DNA of 64,000 nucleotides from Camelus ferus. Its lineage: Eukaryota. Made by a program: the position numbers and the translations under genes. The notes beneath the pieces are model-generated. The model was not told the origin of the DNA, did no database searches, and was given only the letters and a program-made list of their open reading frames with translations. How positions within the stretch are numbered: the stretch's first letter is position 1; every line of letters begins with the position of its first letter. Location of the stretch: positions 41,666,001 through 41,730,000 of the forward strand of contig NC_045697.1 of assembly GCF_009834535.1 (NCBI RefSeq), written 5' to 3'. Below, piece by piece: positions 42,020 to 55,909 of this stretch.

Positions 42020-42910
42020 GTTTCATTTACGAGAAACTTCCAATTACTTCCTCATTTTGAAACTCTCTGATCACTTCACTTCTATAACATTGCAGTATTC
42101 TCATTCTCCATGTGTTTCTGTAAATATCCCTTTCCCTTCCCACACTTCCTCCTCCTCCTTCTTTGACTTACCGTCTTCTGGTCAGCCTTTAAACTTTGGT
42201 GTCTGACTGGGGTCCACTTTGGCCCTTTACTCTTCCTGCCTGCATACTCCATGGGTGACCACATTCACTGCCATGACTTCAGCAAACATCTCTGGCTGAT
42301 AGTCTCAAATCTGTACATCTTTAGCCAATAGCATTCCTGTGAATATCAGATCATATATTTATCAAATGGACATCTGTGCCCACGTAACACGTAGACTCAT
42401 TTCTCTACCAGCCTCATTTCCCTTTTTCCATTCCCTGTATCTTTACTTGGTTCCACTACTAATGCCATTTTCCAGTAACTCATCTTAAACATCTTCTTTC
42501 CCATCATGCACATTCAATCAAAAACAGAATTCTACCAATTTGATTTATTAATATTTATCAATTATTCTTGAATCCATATTTTCTATCCATTTTTGCCTTC
42601 CCTACCCAAGTCAGACCTTCTAATATTTTTTTCTAGATTGTGCAGCAGCTCTTTCCTTGGATTTCAATTGTGTCTTTCTTCAATCCAGCCAGAGTTTTGG
42701 CCATGCCATTCTCTTACATTCTTCAGTGTTTCTCCCCGTTAGGAGGAAGTCTTCACTCCATAGCATACTAACCTTGATCCAGCCTTTCTCCAACCCATCT
42801 GCTTCTCTAGGGACAGCTCTTATCTCTTGCTACATCTGACTGCATAGTTATGTTTTATTATCACAGAACTGCTTCCCGTTCTCCTTGCATGTGCATGCAC
42901 CTAAGCAGAG

Positions 42911-42970
<60 letters not shown>

Positions 42971-43340
42971 ACCATCACCACCACCATCACCACCATTCTG
43001 TTTTCTAAAGTCTGCGGCCTGGAGTCATCTTTTTCTCCTTCTCCTTTTATCTTGACAACATCCAAGGCATCTTTTGCTCTAGAACAGATGTCATCTACTC
43101 CAAGAAGCAAAAGGTGTTTGCTACAGTTTTGTTAGGGTTTCTTCACTCTGGTCCCATATACCACATACACATTTATCATATTGTGTATTATCTGTTTTGC
43201 ATAAGTCTTACCCCCCTAAATTGTGAGCTCCTAGAGGTGAGTAGTCACATTATTCAGTTTTGAAATCTCTAGTTCGAATATAGCCTGACAAAACTAGGTG
43301 CCCAAAACCGTTACTGATTGAATGAATTTAAAAAATGAAT
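42020..43340 (+). mobile_element. LINE-2 fragments ending in an L2 3' terminus
   Basis: ccatgacttcag...gctgatagtctcaaatctgtacatct, aaattgtgagctcctagagg, taggtgcccaaaa...ttgaatgaat. Confidence 0.75.
42913..42968. repeat. (AC)28 microsatellite followed by imperfect (CAC)n
   Basis: Read directly from the sequence. Confidence 0.97.
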
Positions 43341-46278
43341 AAATTAATTCTAATATTTACTAACTCATAGTGACTTTCATTTGGCCATGTGTTTATCTCA
43401 TTTAATTGAAACAGTTTGTACATGTATACATAATATGTAATCAGTATAAAATAATACAAATACAAAGCATTTGTTTTTACAATCTCCAGGAATTTCTACA
43501 AGAATTTCAATCAAGGAAGTAGAGTCCAAATTTTAAAAAATAATAGAAAGAGGATCTTCAGTCTCTTGAAAAATATTCAAAAGCATGCAAATCACAAGTC
43601 CTAATAATTTTATATATTATTCTTAATTTCTTCTCATCCTTAATTTTCTCACATCTCAAATTGTTCTTATCTGCTAAACTCTTCTAAAATACTCTCTGGA
43701 GTCCTTCTTACTTTATCCACTGCTCATCTCTTTTTTATTTAGATTGTTACCTAACAAGACAGAATCCTTCCTGTTTAATAAGGTGGAGAAGGGGAACCAG
43801 AGAGCAATAGAACACTGGCTCCTCTTTAGCAGAGGGAGAGGCAGGGACTGTCATGGACCATCTCATGGTGACGGTGGCTGCCTGAGCACGTATACATGTA
43901 TGTGTTTGAATGTAGAATTACTCTCTTTGGATTATTGGCCAATTACTACTTTATGTTGCTATGTAGAAGACGTATTTATGTGAAGCACCCTTCCACTGCA
44001 GGTGATTGAATCCTCTCTTTAAAAAAAGCCCCAAAAGAAACTCTGAACAAGTAGCCGTTTCAACCATAACTATAATGCAAGTGTATTTAAAGCAGCCCTC
44101 CTGGTTTACTGAAAGGAAAAGTCTTGGAGTCAGTACTTTGCTTTCTTTCTTTGTGGTTTGTGGTTGGGGTCTACTGTACTTCGTGCTTCATACAGCAACA
44201 GCTGTATGTTGAGGCTCCAAGGAAAACCTCTCTCCAAATAGTTTTGTTGCAAAGAGAAAATACCATTTAGGAACTTTGGCAGGAACTATACTCCTGAGCC
44301 GTGTTCAATTTTGAAACTTGAATGGAAAAGTTCACTGCATGGAGACGTCAGCCACACAGGCTCCTGAGCTGGGTCCTGTTGTTAGAAGAAAACAGAGGCA
44401 CCAACGATGCACAGAGCGCTGGGAGGGCGGGGAGGGGCTCTGAGAGCTTGTGCGCACTGTGTCCTGCAGGGGGCCTGGACAAGGCTCACTGCAGGGGGAC
44501 CTCAGCACAGCTTTACGCATGCTCAGGAAGAGGCAAAGCCCCAAACCTGCCACTTGGTAAAGTGTCTTTACATAACCAAGGTTTGGCTTTGCGTTAGCTT
44601 AATAGTTTCACAAATTTTCAAACTTTGTTTTACTCATTCACTCAGTAATCATAACATTCCTGTAACTGGGGGTTTCTTTACAGTTTAGGGTAGAAGGTCC
44701 TCCCTCAGTCAGGTCCCAGGGGCAGTGCCTGACCATCCCAGTCCTCTTAACTTTACATAGTCAGTGTGTCTGGGTCCTCACTAGTGTCGCGGGGTAGAGC
44801 GGGGTCTTGTTCTGTTTAGTTCTTTCAGTAAAGGCTACTTAGCCGGCCACATCTGAGTCATGGTAGCTGGTGTGAAGCCTTCTTCCCCAGTAGAAATCAC
44901 AGATTTTAAAAGAATGTCTGGCCTTATCAGTAGCTATTTCTCAGTAATTCATTATTATGTTGCCCCACCACAACTGGTCGGTCTTCTATTTTCATATCCA
45001 GCTACTTCTGTAGTGTATGAGGGCTGCCCCAGCATATGAGGGCTAAGATGAATATTCATGTCTGTCATGATTCAGGCTGCCAGAGATTCTCCATGCAATA
45101 AAGAAGGGCCACTGTGGTACTAGGGTGCTGCTCGTGGGCCGGAAAACCTCCCGCGGAAGCCAGAACTGTCTCTGAAGATCTGGTCCAAAGTCTTCCTATG
45201 AAAGCCATTTCTGAGGGATGCGTGTCCTAATAGACCTGAGTCACTTTATTGAGTAACTGTTAGTTTCTCATAAAAAGTGCTGCTTTGCGAGTGTTGGACA
45301 GGGTGGATTCTGGGGTCCCTGTGTGCTGGCACCAGACATTTTGTAGCTCTTCTCGGCACTGAATCCAGTGTTGGTGTGAGTCCTCTGCTCCTTCTCTCTC
45401 TACCTTTTCACTTTTTCGAGATTTTTTTTCTTTCCATGTCACTTGACCTGAGTCGAAGCTACTCTCGATCACCATGGTAGATGTCCCGGGTCCAAACATC
45501 AGGAAGCAGAGGTCAGGGAATGTATCTGAGACCCTCCTTCCTGCAAGGCACCTCGATTTGTGAAAATTCCTCCTTTTCCACCTTCAAATTCCTCAGAGCA
45601 AGAGTAATGCTAGTAACGCAGACTAGAGGTCCTGTCACATCGGTTCTCCCACAGAGGGTCAACTCAGGGGCCACTCGGGTTCACGGTGACCCACCTCTCT
45701 ATACAACTGGCAGCTGCCTCTGCCTGAGGGTGCAAAATATCTTAAATCATTTAAATATAAGGCACACAGTGTTGTATAAAGATGTTTTATGATGCTTCAC
45801 AAAAAATAAAAAGCTGATTAAGTCTAAATATTCCTTCATGCTGGGGACTAATACTGTGGTCTGTTTAGAGGTATTAGACTCTTCTTCAGGAGGGTCTGAA
45901 AGTGGAAGAAAATCTTACTGGTCTAGGGCAGTTTTAGTAGGGTTCTGTTTCAGGGCAAGTGAATGGAGGAAGTAGCAGCTCCCGGAGCCTTGTAATCAAG
46001 TGTCTTGTTTGCTTTTTAAAGACATGATATTAACTGCTCACACTTGACTTCTGAATCAGAAGGTTTTGGAAAGTGAGCTCTCAGGATTTGGATCCTGCTG
46101 CCTTATTTGGTAGCAGCAAACATTGGCATATGAATGAATCGTTTGTAAGTTTGTGGGGAAATTTTAACTTCTGCACCACTGTGATTACTCCACAATTTAT
46201 ATGAGATTCTGGTCGCCAGCAAAATCAATGAGTAGCGAGATATTCTCGTGCATTGTAAGAGTTTAGTTATTTTTTTAG

Positions 46279-46395
<117 letters not shown>

Positions 46396-48053
46396 TAAAT
46401 ATGTATACTTTTTGCTTTATTGAAACTCAAAAAAAAATCCTTAAGGCTTCTCCTTTTAAAACAAATTAGTAACTGATGATTGTCTAAGTACTATTCTCTT
46501 AGACCATTTTCAAAGCTCCTAAAACTTCATCTGTCTTTTCATACTGATAATAATAATGCATTTATTCAAGAATGAAAGGAATTAATTACTGACACTTTTA
46601 AAAAAAATAGTACTGATTGTCAAAATATTTGTCATGGTGAAGGGCAAGCTTCAATTCAAAATTTCAGAATTAAACATTCCATGTTTGTACATAAGATTAT
46701 CACTTAAAATGGATAAAAATTATGCCTGGAATGGTTTTAGGCAGTAGAAAGTAAAAGAGAGTGAATGTATGAATTCATTCACTTAATGTATAGGACTTGA
46801 GAATTTAAATTGAAAGTAAATGTATCTGAATGGCTTATTTTTTTTAAGTAAGAAAATTAATTAATTTTTTCAGCAAAGCTTTTCCAAACACGTACTGTGT
46901 GATCAAGATCATAACTCAGGGTGAAACAACACAGAAGAGAACTATTAAAGTAATATAAATAATGACAGAATAGAGTAAATATGTGAAAACCAATGCAGAT
47001 TATAACAAATGATTAGGTCCAAATGAGGAGGAACATAAAAGGGAGCTCTGAAGGAAAAAAGTGTTTGGGCTACCTTGAAGGACTTAATAATTGTAAGTTG
47101 GGAAAAGAAAAAAATAGAGGAAAACAACAGAATGAAAATATGAGAGGAAACCAAAGGATGGGAATGAGCAAAAAGTGTTATAAAGATAGTAAAGAGATTC
47201 CACTGGTCAAGTGGTCATGTTGGAGAGTGTGGAAAATAAGCACAAATAAACAGTAGATCAAATGAAAAAGATAATAATGATGGACAGAAACAGATTTGAT
47301 CTGATCTAAATAGGACTAGTAGGCACCCAGGGGTTGGTGAGTAAGTAAGTGATAGGTTAAAAAAATGTCACATGAGGAGGATGGACATGGGCTAAATTGT
47401 GAAACACTGGAGAAAGAAATACTTGTAAAGGATGATGATTATAAAGATTGTAAACCATTGTAAAACAAGAATGAATGGCATGGAATAATTTTTAGCTAAA
47501 AGGGACAAAATAAAAAGAAATGAAGATATATAAATTTTTAAATCTAGCAATGAAAAATCCATTAATGGATGCCAGTTTGGGAATACATTTAATAATTTTT
47601 TAATGTTGGGTTTTAGGCAAGTTTAGTTTTACAAATTCAAGATTTGAGTCTGGAAAAAAGTTGGAAAATTGATAGAAAGTGATAGTTTAATGTAATGAGA
47701 ATATGTGCATCTCTTAGAGAGTGAATATAAAAGAAAAATGGATGTTCAAAGCAGAGCCATTAAAATCCTTAAGAGATAAAATTAAAATGCATCAGAAATA
47801 CCCAAAAGAATTCAGAAAACAAGTAACGTGTGTTTTTTATACATTTATTTGGTCAAATGCTTTATTGAGCACCTTCTTTGCCAGGCTCTCTGTTATTGCA
47901 ATAGATTGTAGAAATGGAAGAGTGAAGGAATTCTAATTGATTAGCAATTTACTCAACCCCATCAAATGTTCCTATTTGTCATAAACTAACAAATTTTCTC
48001 TTTGGATTAAGGAGAAAATTGATTTTTATAACACTGGTAACTGTTTCTTACAG

Positions 48054-48131
48054 AACTTATCTACAAGGAAGTAATGACTTCAGAAGAGAAGACTAAGAAC
48101 GGTGTTGTGAAAGGACAGCCTTCTCCTTCAG
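48054..48131 (+). CDS. MAPK10: MAPK10 coding exon, 78 nt: (E)LIYKEVMTSEEKTKNGVVKGQPSPS(G/A)
   Basis: CAG acceptor 48051-48053, donor GTACTC at 48132. Phase 1-1. KTKNGVVKGQPSPS is JNK3-specific. Confidence 0.97.
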
Positions 48132-50529
48132 GTACTCACTCTCAGTGAATAACCAATAAACCACTACTTGCATGCTTTTTTTGAACTTAAGGAGGGATTG
48201 CAATCAATAACATTGCTTGTAGAGCATGTGAACATATATCTCATGACTGTTTCCTTCCAATGATTTTAGTTTTATTCCTTTTGATATTGAGTGTGGCATT
48301 TGTTCTGATTATTCTGATTATAATGACCTAGCACAAGAGTTCTTTCAAAACTTATTTTAAGATAATAAGGGGTCTTGAAGAAATGTTTACATGGGCTGGT
48401 TAAAGGGTAACTGATTCTCATCAAAATTCAGAACTGTAATGCCCTCTTGACCACCAAGTCAATGTAGAGGTCAAGAATCCCTCCAGCAAAAACCTTTCCT
48501 TCATTCACTGTAATGTTTGCACTCTTCCCAAGGTTGGTGTGACAGTAGTTGAAGTCTTAAAGATGGAATCCAATTAAAGCCAGCATGGAAAATCTTTCAG
48601 TTTGCAATCTACAGAATCTAATACACATTTGCACATGGACATATTTTACTGATCCTACTAATGTGCTTTAGGATTACTTGAGATAATTTACTTACACTTA
48701 TTAATGCTAATGTATTTTTCCTAAGACCTATGTTCTGAATATAAAATGAATGTATAAATGGTTTTAGAAAATGTGATGGCTTATCTTTAGCTTTAAACAA
48801 CACTCAGATCTGGCAAACATGTAGGCTGCAAATTGCTAGTTTAGAGGAAAGTGGATTTTATGTCCAATTATTTGATATAAGATTTTCCCATGCACTTTAA
48901 ATTGTTTCAGGAAACAAGATAGGATGAATCAATCAATTCTTCATACTGAGTCTACTCTTTAAGTGTTTTTCACCCACAACTACTATGATGTCCAGACAGA
49001 TGCAATTTAGTTATGTCTTGCTTTTCTCACCTCTAGACTTGGGGAAATGTCCAATTCTATCTCAAGTCTTTCCTTTCCTCAAAGAGGGTTAAGGGAATCA
49101 TTGGGGCTGGTTGTTTGCCCCGCCTATTTATTCAATCTTGCATCCATATTGATACAAGTCTGTAGAAGCTGCTTCTAACTTACCTGCATGTTCTATCTGC
49201 TGCTGATTAAAGAACCCCAAGACTGAATCCAACAGTCTCAACATGGTGCCTGCTAAGGCAAAAAGATTCTTTTGCTTAAGAATTCCCATAATGGCCAATA
49301 TATTTTCCTATAATTATTAAGAAGACAAAATACCAAGATCCAGTGAAGGGTGACCTAGCTTCTTGGACTGGGACTGGATAAATCTAGCAGAGTTTCTTCT
49401 ACTCATCTATAGCTCAAATTATCATTAATGCATCTCCTTTCCGTTTTTCAAAGAGCTCAGAATCATGCCACCCACTGCAGGACACCCCCATCTTCTGCTT
49501 GTTTCCTCTTCCACTTTCCCCTCCAGCCTAACCAGATCTCCATGGCAGCTAATCTTTGATGACATGAAAATCTCCAATTTTCTTTTCATTATTTTCACAG
49601 CACTTTGACAAAATATTCTTGTTCCCATGGTTCATTTTTTTTGCAAATTGTACAGCTCAGGGAAGGCAACATGGTGATTAGGGATGGTACAAGTGAGATC
49701 AATTAATCATTAAAGGGATGGGATGAGTGGGCTGCCATATGAAGAAAGGTTCAAATGGTTGGTAAAGAAAGTTTGTATGTAATCAACACCTAATTCTTTA
49801 ATCATTAAAACCGTAATTCTTGTGCAAAAAGAAGTGAGTACAGGCAGAAGTTGCTTTTAACTCATTAATGGGGAAAATGGCAGAATGACAAAGTTTAAAT
49901 CAGTGAAGATATGAGAAATTAGTATTTATGTAGTCTGTGGAAAAAAGAATACCAAAGTAAGATTATGAAATTAAATCAAAACTTCTAAGTGTCTTACAGG
50001 GCAACCAAACCTATTTTTGTGGTTGTCTTTTCTACCAGGCAGGATTTTAAAAAAACCCAAAAAACAGAGTTTTACTTAATCAGTTTTCTACAAGTTTACA
50101 ATGTTGTAAAACACGTGGACCCTAATCAATCGAGAATCTTAAGTCAAAAAAGTTATGTTCCGCAAAACAGTCAGACGACCCTTAGGAAGGCTTGTTAAAA
50201 GTGCTTAAGCATGATATTGAAAGGTTACGCGGTTATTTATTTTTGCACTAATCCCAAGATAATTTTCCTGAACAGTATCTAAGGCTATTGACCTATACAA
50301 TTTCTATACTCTCTGGATAGATGGACCCAAGTACCCAAGTGTCCACCACGTAAATCCTTTTAAGTTTGCAAGAAATACGTTTTAGGTGAATAAAGCCAAA
50401 ACCAGTTTACATAGCAGTTTGTTGTTTCCAGAGGGACTGGAAAATAAATGCAGTCTACTAAATTATTTAATGATGAATATAACCTTATTGTGGAGAAATT
50501 AGAATATTGGGCCAGGATGCATGAGATTG

Positions 50530-51262
50530 CTGCCAATTCAGATTCAATTTGTTTAAAATCAAACACACCTGCTCTGTTCACTCGCTCAGCATAAATTTTT
50601 TCTCAACTTTCCCATTTCTGTTAATGACAACTCCATTTTCTCAGCCTCTCCAGCCTGAAACCCCGATTGATCTTTTACTCTATCCTCACCTTGTGATTGA
50701 CAGACACATCCTAAAATTTTTGCTTGCTATGTGCCGTACATCTAATTGCCGTCATCCTTTTCCATTAACACCACTATGATTGGAGTTTTCCTGAAGTAAT
50801 TTTCCAAACTTCAGTCTATAGGTTTGATCAAGAATTCCACTGACCAATGCCTCCAAAGGCTTTGCATCACTTGTAATGTCAGCCTAGAAACCTCTCTCTG
50901 ATTCCAATAGCCTTCTCTAATATAGTCCATATTTTCCCACCTTTTACACTACACCCATTCTAAGGTCCTGGATTATGGCTGTCTTACTTGACTGGACCCC
51001 CACCTTTTGGAATGCTGCCCATTCAAATTGTTCTCTTATCAAATACCACCTTGTCCCAAAATGTTTTTCACATCTTCCCAAAGAATAGGAACTTTCTTTC
51101 CTTTGGGTCCTACTAGTCCTTGTATGTTGAATGTTGTCTTATCACCCGATTTGACTGTAAATTTACTGAGAAGAAAGGCTGTATGTATTCATCTTTGGGT
51201 ACCATGTGGTACGTAAGTGTTATGCCTTGCACATCATAGTAGCTTGATAAATATTTATTAAT
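50530..51262 (+). mobile_element. LINE-2 fragments
   Basis: cccatttctgttaatgacaactccattttctcagc, gactgtaaatttactgag, tgcacatcatagtagcttgataaatatttatt. Confidence 0.65.
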
Positions 51263-51762
51263 TTGAAAGTTACTGTTCAGGCCCTCCCTCAGCATGTTTC
51301 TTTGTCCTATTCCAAAGACAGAATTCAGGACGGGATTGTAGCGTTTTGCATTTGTTTATGCTTTAGATAAAGGTTTGCTGCTTTCAGGTGGTTATTTGAT
51401 TTACTCATTTTGGAAAATGTATATTCCGGATTTTTCTTTTGCGGGCCTGTTTAGCTTAATATGTTAATGATTAATTCTAAAATATGCCACTTAGGTTCTC
51501 TGTGCCTGGGAGAAGGCCAGACCATTTTTTAACCATTCCAACTCCCTGTAACAGTACTACATTATCTACCTCATACACATGCTCAAAACTACAGTTGGCT
51601 GGCTTAAACAACTTATAGTTCAAGTGATTGTGAATTCAGTCTTTCACTACATGATTTTAAAGGAAATATTCCTGGCTTAATTTCGAGAAATCATACGTAT
51701 GATATAATGTCATGACATACTTATGTCTGATACATGTGTGTGCATCGTGTAGAGACGTAGAA

Positions 51763-51951
51763 CGGCCACGTGCTGGAGCAGCTCGGCCGGCTCATGAGAG
51801 CCCCTTGTGTACATCCACTGGGAGCTTTTTGACCTCATATTGGTAACTTGAAATCCCCCATGCAGGATTAAGACATAGAAACTGGCTGTCTCTATAAATC
51901 AGGCATTCTTTCCCTGTGGAGAGTCAATTGTCAGATTTTTATTGGCACACC

Positions 51952-51955
<4 letters not shown>
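51763..51955 (+). mobile_element. MER63A-like hAT-Blackjack MITE
   Basis: gtgctggagcagctcggccggctcatgagagcc...ttggtaacttgaaatc...aaatcagg...ggagagtcaattgtc...gcacaccact. Confidence 0.75.

Positions 51956-51984
<29 letters not shown>
51956..51984. repeat. (TG)14 microsatellite
   Basis: Read directly from the sequence. Confidence 0.95.
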
Positions 51985-51987
<3 letters not shown>

Positions 51988-53849
51988 ATATGTATATATG
52001 CAGTAAACTATGCTGGAAAGAAAAAGTAATTACTAAGAAAGCTGGAAAAGTCAGCTTTTTCTGTACTCTTCATTCTATTCACCTTTTCTCATTAAGGTTG
52101 TATATCATATTTTATTTTGTAACTAGCTAGAATGGAGTAATATTACAACATAGACTCCCTTAATGTTCAGTCATGGCAACGCTGGGAACCAGGCAGCAAG
52201 GGAATAAATTAATGCAGTTTCTCAGTGATGAAATTCTTCTAATACCCAAACTCATGCTTCAGTGATGCTCTTAAAATGTAAATAGGAAGTTAAATGTGCA
52301 TTTGTAGAATAATACATACGTTTGAAATTTATTGATGGAATTGTTGTATATCAATAAGAAATAAATCTGAACTTCAGATACATTTCTAAATAAATAATTG
52401 TACTCCCTTCTGCTATCTGATTTCACTTGAGTAGTGATTTATTTTCAAGAATAGCAGGGCTGCTTGCTTTCTGAATTGATTTGTGAAGATTGCTGAGAGA
52501 ATAGCAGTCCATGAATAGAAATTAATTTTCTTCCAAAAGTGTTTATCATAACATGTTGGAGCTAGAACAAATGAGGAAGTCATCTAATACAAAACTCTCA
52601 GTCTGTTCACCACCCCCATTCCACCTGAGAAGTAAGCCTCCTACAAGTGACAGTGAATCACTGAAATAAGGATGCTTAACATCAGGATGGGTAGAAATTT
52701 TTCAGTCTCTAAATGGAAGATAAAGCTCTTTAGGTGATTTTAATATATAGGCCCATCCCCTCCGTATTCTGCACCCCTGGTAGTGTGTCCCTCCCAATTA
52801 GAGTTGCTGATTTAATCCAATAATTTTTTTTTATCTAAAATCCTCAGCCCCAAACAATCAAAGCTGAAGATTATGAACAAAGAGAAGGAACTATATCTCT
52901 GTGATTTTTTTATTATAGTATTTCTTCTAATTCTTTGTGCCTACTTTTTTGTGTTTAGATGAGTCAGGAGAATAACTTCCTTTAAAAAATAGAACAACAT
53001 TTTCCCCTGAAATAATGAATACCTCTGGCTACATAACTTCTAGCTGAGGAATTTTTATCATCATAAGTTCCTTCTTTCCATAAAACCTATTTTTTTTCCA
53101 GGAAAGTTGAAAATAGCTGGTATTTTTTATTGCAGCCCTATTAGTATTTTCATTTGATTTTAATGTCATTTTATTGACAAAATATGCTTTACTGATGGTA
53201 AAACATTTTCTAAATGTGTATCTTTATTGGTTTCTCTGAAAGAAGGGGTATGTTTATCACATTGCTAGGGTATCCTGGGCAAGTGGACATTATAATCAAA
53301 TTCAGTTCAGTTCAGTTCTGTTTGAGAAATTGTCACAAACTGCTTGACAGTAAGTTAACAACTTGAAGCCAGAATCTATGTCTGGACTCTTCTGTTTCAT
53401 CCAGTAAGACCAGAGGTAGCTCTAGTCAAGAAGGCATTTGTTACAGGACAATAGAAAAAGAGATACAGAAGCACATTTTTTTATGTCATTAAAAATAAAT
53501 GTGTGCTATAACAAATCAGGAACAATAGTCTGTGGAATCCTAGAAATATAGTTGATAAAGATTCTGAATTTTGAATAACTGAATGCCAACAACAATTTGC
53601 ATTCAACATTGATAAAAATAAAGAGCAGGACCATTCCAACACAGAAGACAGGAATTACAGAAAGTCAGCTGATGAGCCAAAGGGGAAGAAGACGCTGACA
53701 ACAAATGATTTCCCTTCCAGAGCTAGGTCAGCAGTTCCACCGGTTTCATCACAGGGAGAAATGTGCTTTCCCTCACAGAACCTCTCAAGACGAGTGCACG
53801 CAAAAGATACTCAGTGTTTTGTTAAATCGAGTACTTATTCTGCACGCAA

Positions 53850-54043
53850 GAGTAGAGACAGAAAGTAGGTTAATTGTTGCCCAGAGGCTGGGTGGTAAGA
53901 AATAGAGGATGGGGTTATTTGGGGAGATGAAAACACTGCAAAATTGATTGCAGTGATTGTTGCGACAACTTTGTGAGTACCCTAAAAAACAGAATTGTAC
54001 AAATTAGATTTGTGAATTATATCTTAATAAAGCTCTTACAAAA
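53850..54043 (+). mobile_element. LINE-1 (L1MB-like) 3' end
   Basis: tagagacagaaagtaggttaattgttgcccagaggctggg...ggggagatgaaaac...gtgattgttgcgacaactttgtgagtac...tgtgaattatatcttaataaagct. Confidence 0.85.
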
Positions 54044-55909
54044 GGTACGTGGGCAGTATTTTATATTTCAAATCAAAGCCAAATCTAAAATGTAGTGCCG
54101 TGATTTGAAAGCATTCATAGTGTAGGGATAGACCATCCAGGAGACGCGCGGATCATAAGCTCACTCTTATGACTCACAATTGATTGAGCCTTTATTAGAA
54201 TCCTGTGTCTAGTTTTAATCTCCACCCTTTAATAATGATGTGGAAAAAGTGAAGATGATTCTGAGAAGCCCGGCACAGTGACGCTCAATTACTAGAGACC
54301 AAAGCTGATGAAAGGACACGAGCATGTTGGTGTAATTTAATGTAGAATCAAGGGGAAAAGCAGAACTGGGCATTTGCAATGTGTAATTAAGGGTTGTTTG
54401 CTAGCATATGAAATCTACTGGTACACACTGTGAGAGGAAATGAGCTAGCTCTGGACCATATGTATAAAGGATATAATTAAGTAAGGTTGGAATAAATTGA
54501 AGCCAGATAGCTTTACATTATGCATTGTTCTGATGAGAGTATAATTATTTACAGGAAGATGTTAGCAAGAGAGATTTAAAAATCTAGAGAGATTTAAGAT
54601 TAGGAGGTAATGATACTTTTATGAGTTTAAAGAACATGAAAAATGCATAACCTTTTTTTGTATATGAAAATATCAGGATCCAAAAGGATATATATTAAAT
54701 GATCAAGTTAGAGATACTTTCTAGCAAAAAGACTAGAAAGAAATATTCTAAAAGTTTAATAGTTTTTATCATTAATATCAGTGCACATTGTTATCTTTTT
54801 TCCTGTATTTGTTCACATTTCTCATAATTTACATATTTATAATCAACAAATAAAAATTTAAAAAGCATCTAAGATATATGTAATCTGTCTTAGTTTAGGT
54901 GTGTGGGTTCCTTCCAGATACGGTCACATTTTAATCACATTTTTTCCACAGGTAGGAAATGTCCACCCCAGGAACAAAAAGATTGTGTTAACCTCTCCAC
55001 TTCATGAGATTTTTTTCTGATTTATTAGGTCTCAGTGATAACACTACTGTAACTTATTTTGTATTTACGATTTTCACCAAATATATCTTGCACACTATAT
55101 TTGCTCACATTAGATACGACTTAGTGAGAATTCCTCATCTCTTATTTTATTAAATGCTTATACTACAGATAGTTTTAATAGTGAACTATTTCACAAAGCA
55201 TGCATTTCACCACCCATATTGCTTGAGTATAAAGAATCTATAAAGAGAAAAAAATTAGTGGACTCTGTCCAGGGTGCTCTGGTTTAATTACATTCTGCAA
55301 TGCCTCTGGCTCAGTTTCTTTTGTGGTCCTCAAACCTACTGATGCTCAGCAAGTTTTCACTGAATGATTACTATGAGCAAGTTCCTTCTCAGAGTTTCAA
55401 AATATTCATATTCCCACATAGCAGATACATTTTAAAAGTTTTGCGAATTATTCTAAGTTAATAATTCAGAGTTCTTATTTGTAGACTCCCAGGAATGCAA
55501 GTCTGCTGAAAGTAAACGCACGACCGAGAGGTGTGCTCCGGCTTCTCCTGTGCTTCTTCTGGTCTATAGTAACTTTCATCAACAGTTCTCCATGGCTTTT
55601 CTATATGGCTTTTCAGTTTGGTGTTCTATTAATGACTGTGTAATCGTATTTACTTAGTACCCCTACTTTTCTCTAGAGCTGTAGCCTCCAAGTAATTCTG
55701 ACTTCTGGGCTTCATCTGAGCCCACATTTCTGGGATAGGAGGCTTACATGATTTTGTTTTTAAAACTTCCTGTGTTAGCTGTTCTATGAAGGCGTGTCGA
55801 ATGAATGATGGGCCAGACAGCCCCGATCACTTTTGCCATGCCTGCATCCTGAGTGACATGAAGCCGAGTCTAGTTCCAGGTTTAGTCATGTGGGTCTTCA
55901 TTTTCTTAG

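Noticed and set aside
42901..43110. ORF with a VCVCVC run
   Set aside because: Translation of the (AC)28 microsatellite.
45240..45830. Processed pseudogene or hidden terminal exon (GC-richer stretch ending in AATAAA)
   Set aside because: No recognisable protein in the track ORFs, no poly(A) tail and no TSD.
53301..53320. (TTCAG)n as a ruminant Bov-A2 tail
   Set aside because: Only 3-4 units and no adjacent Bov-A body.
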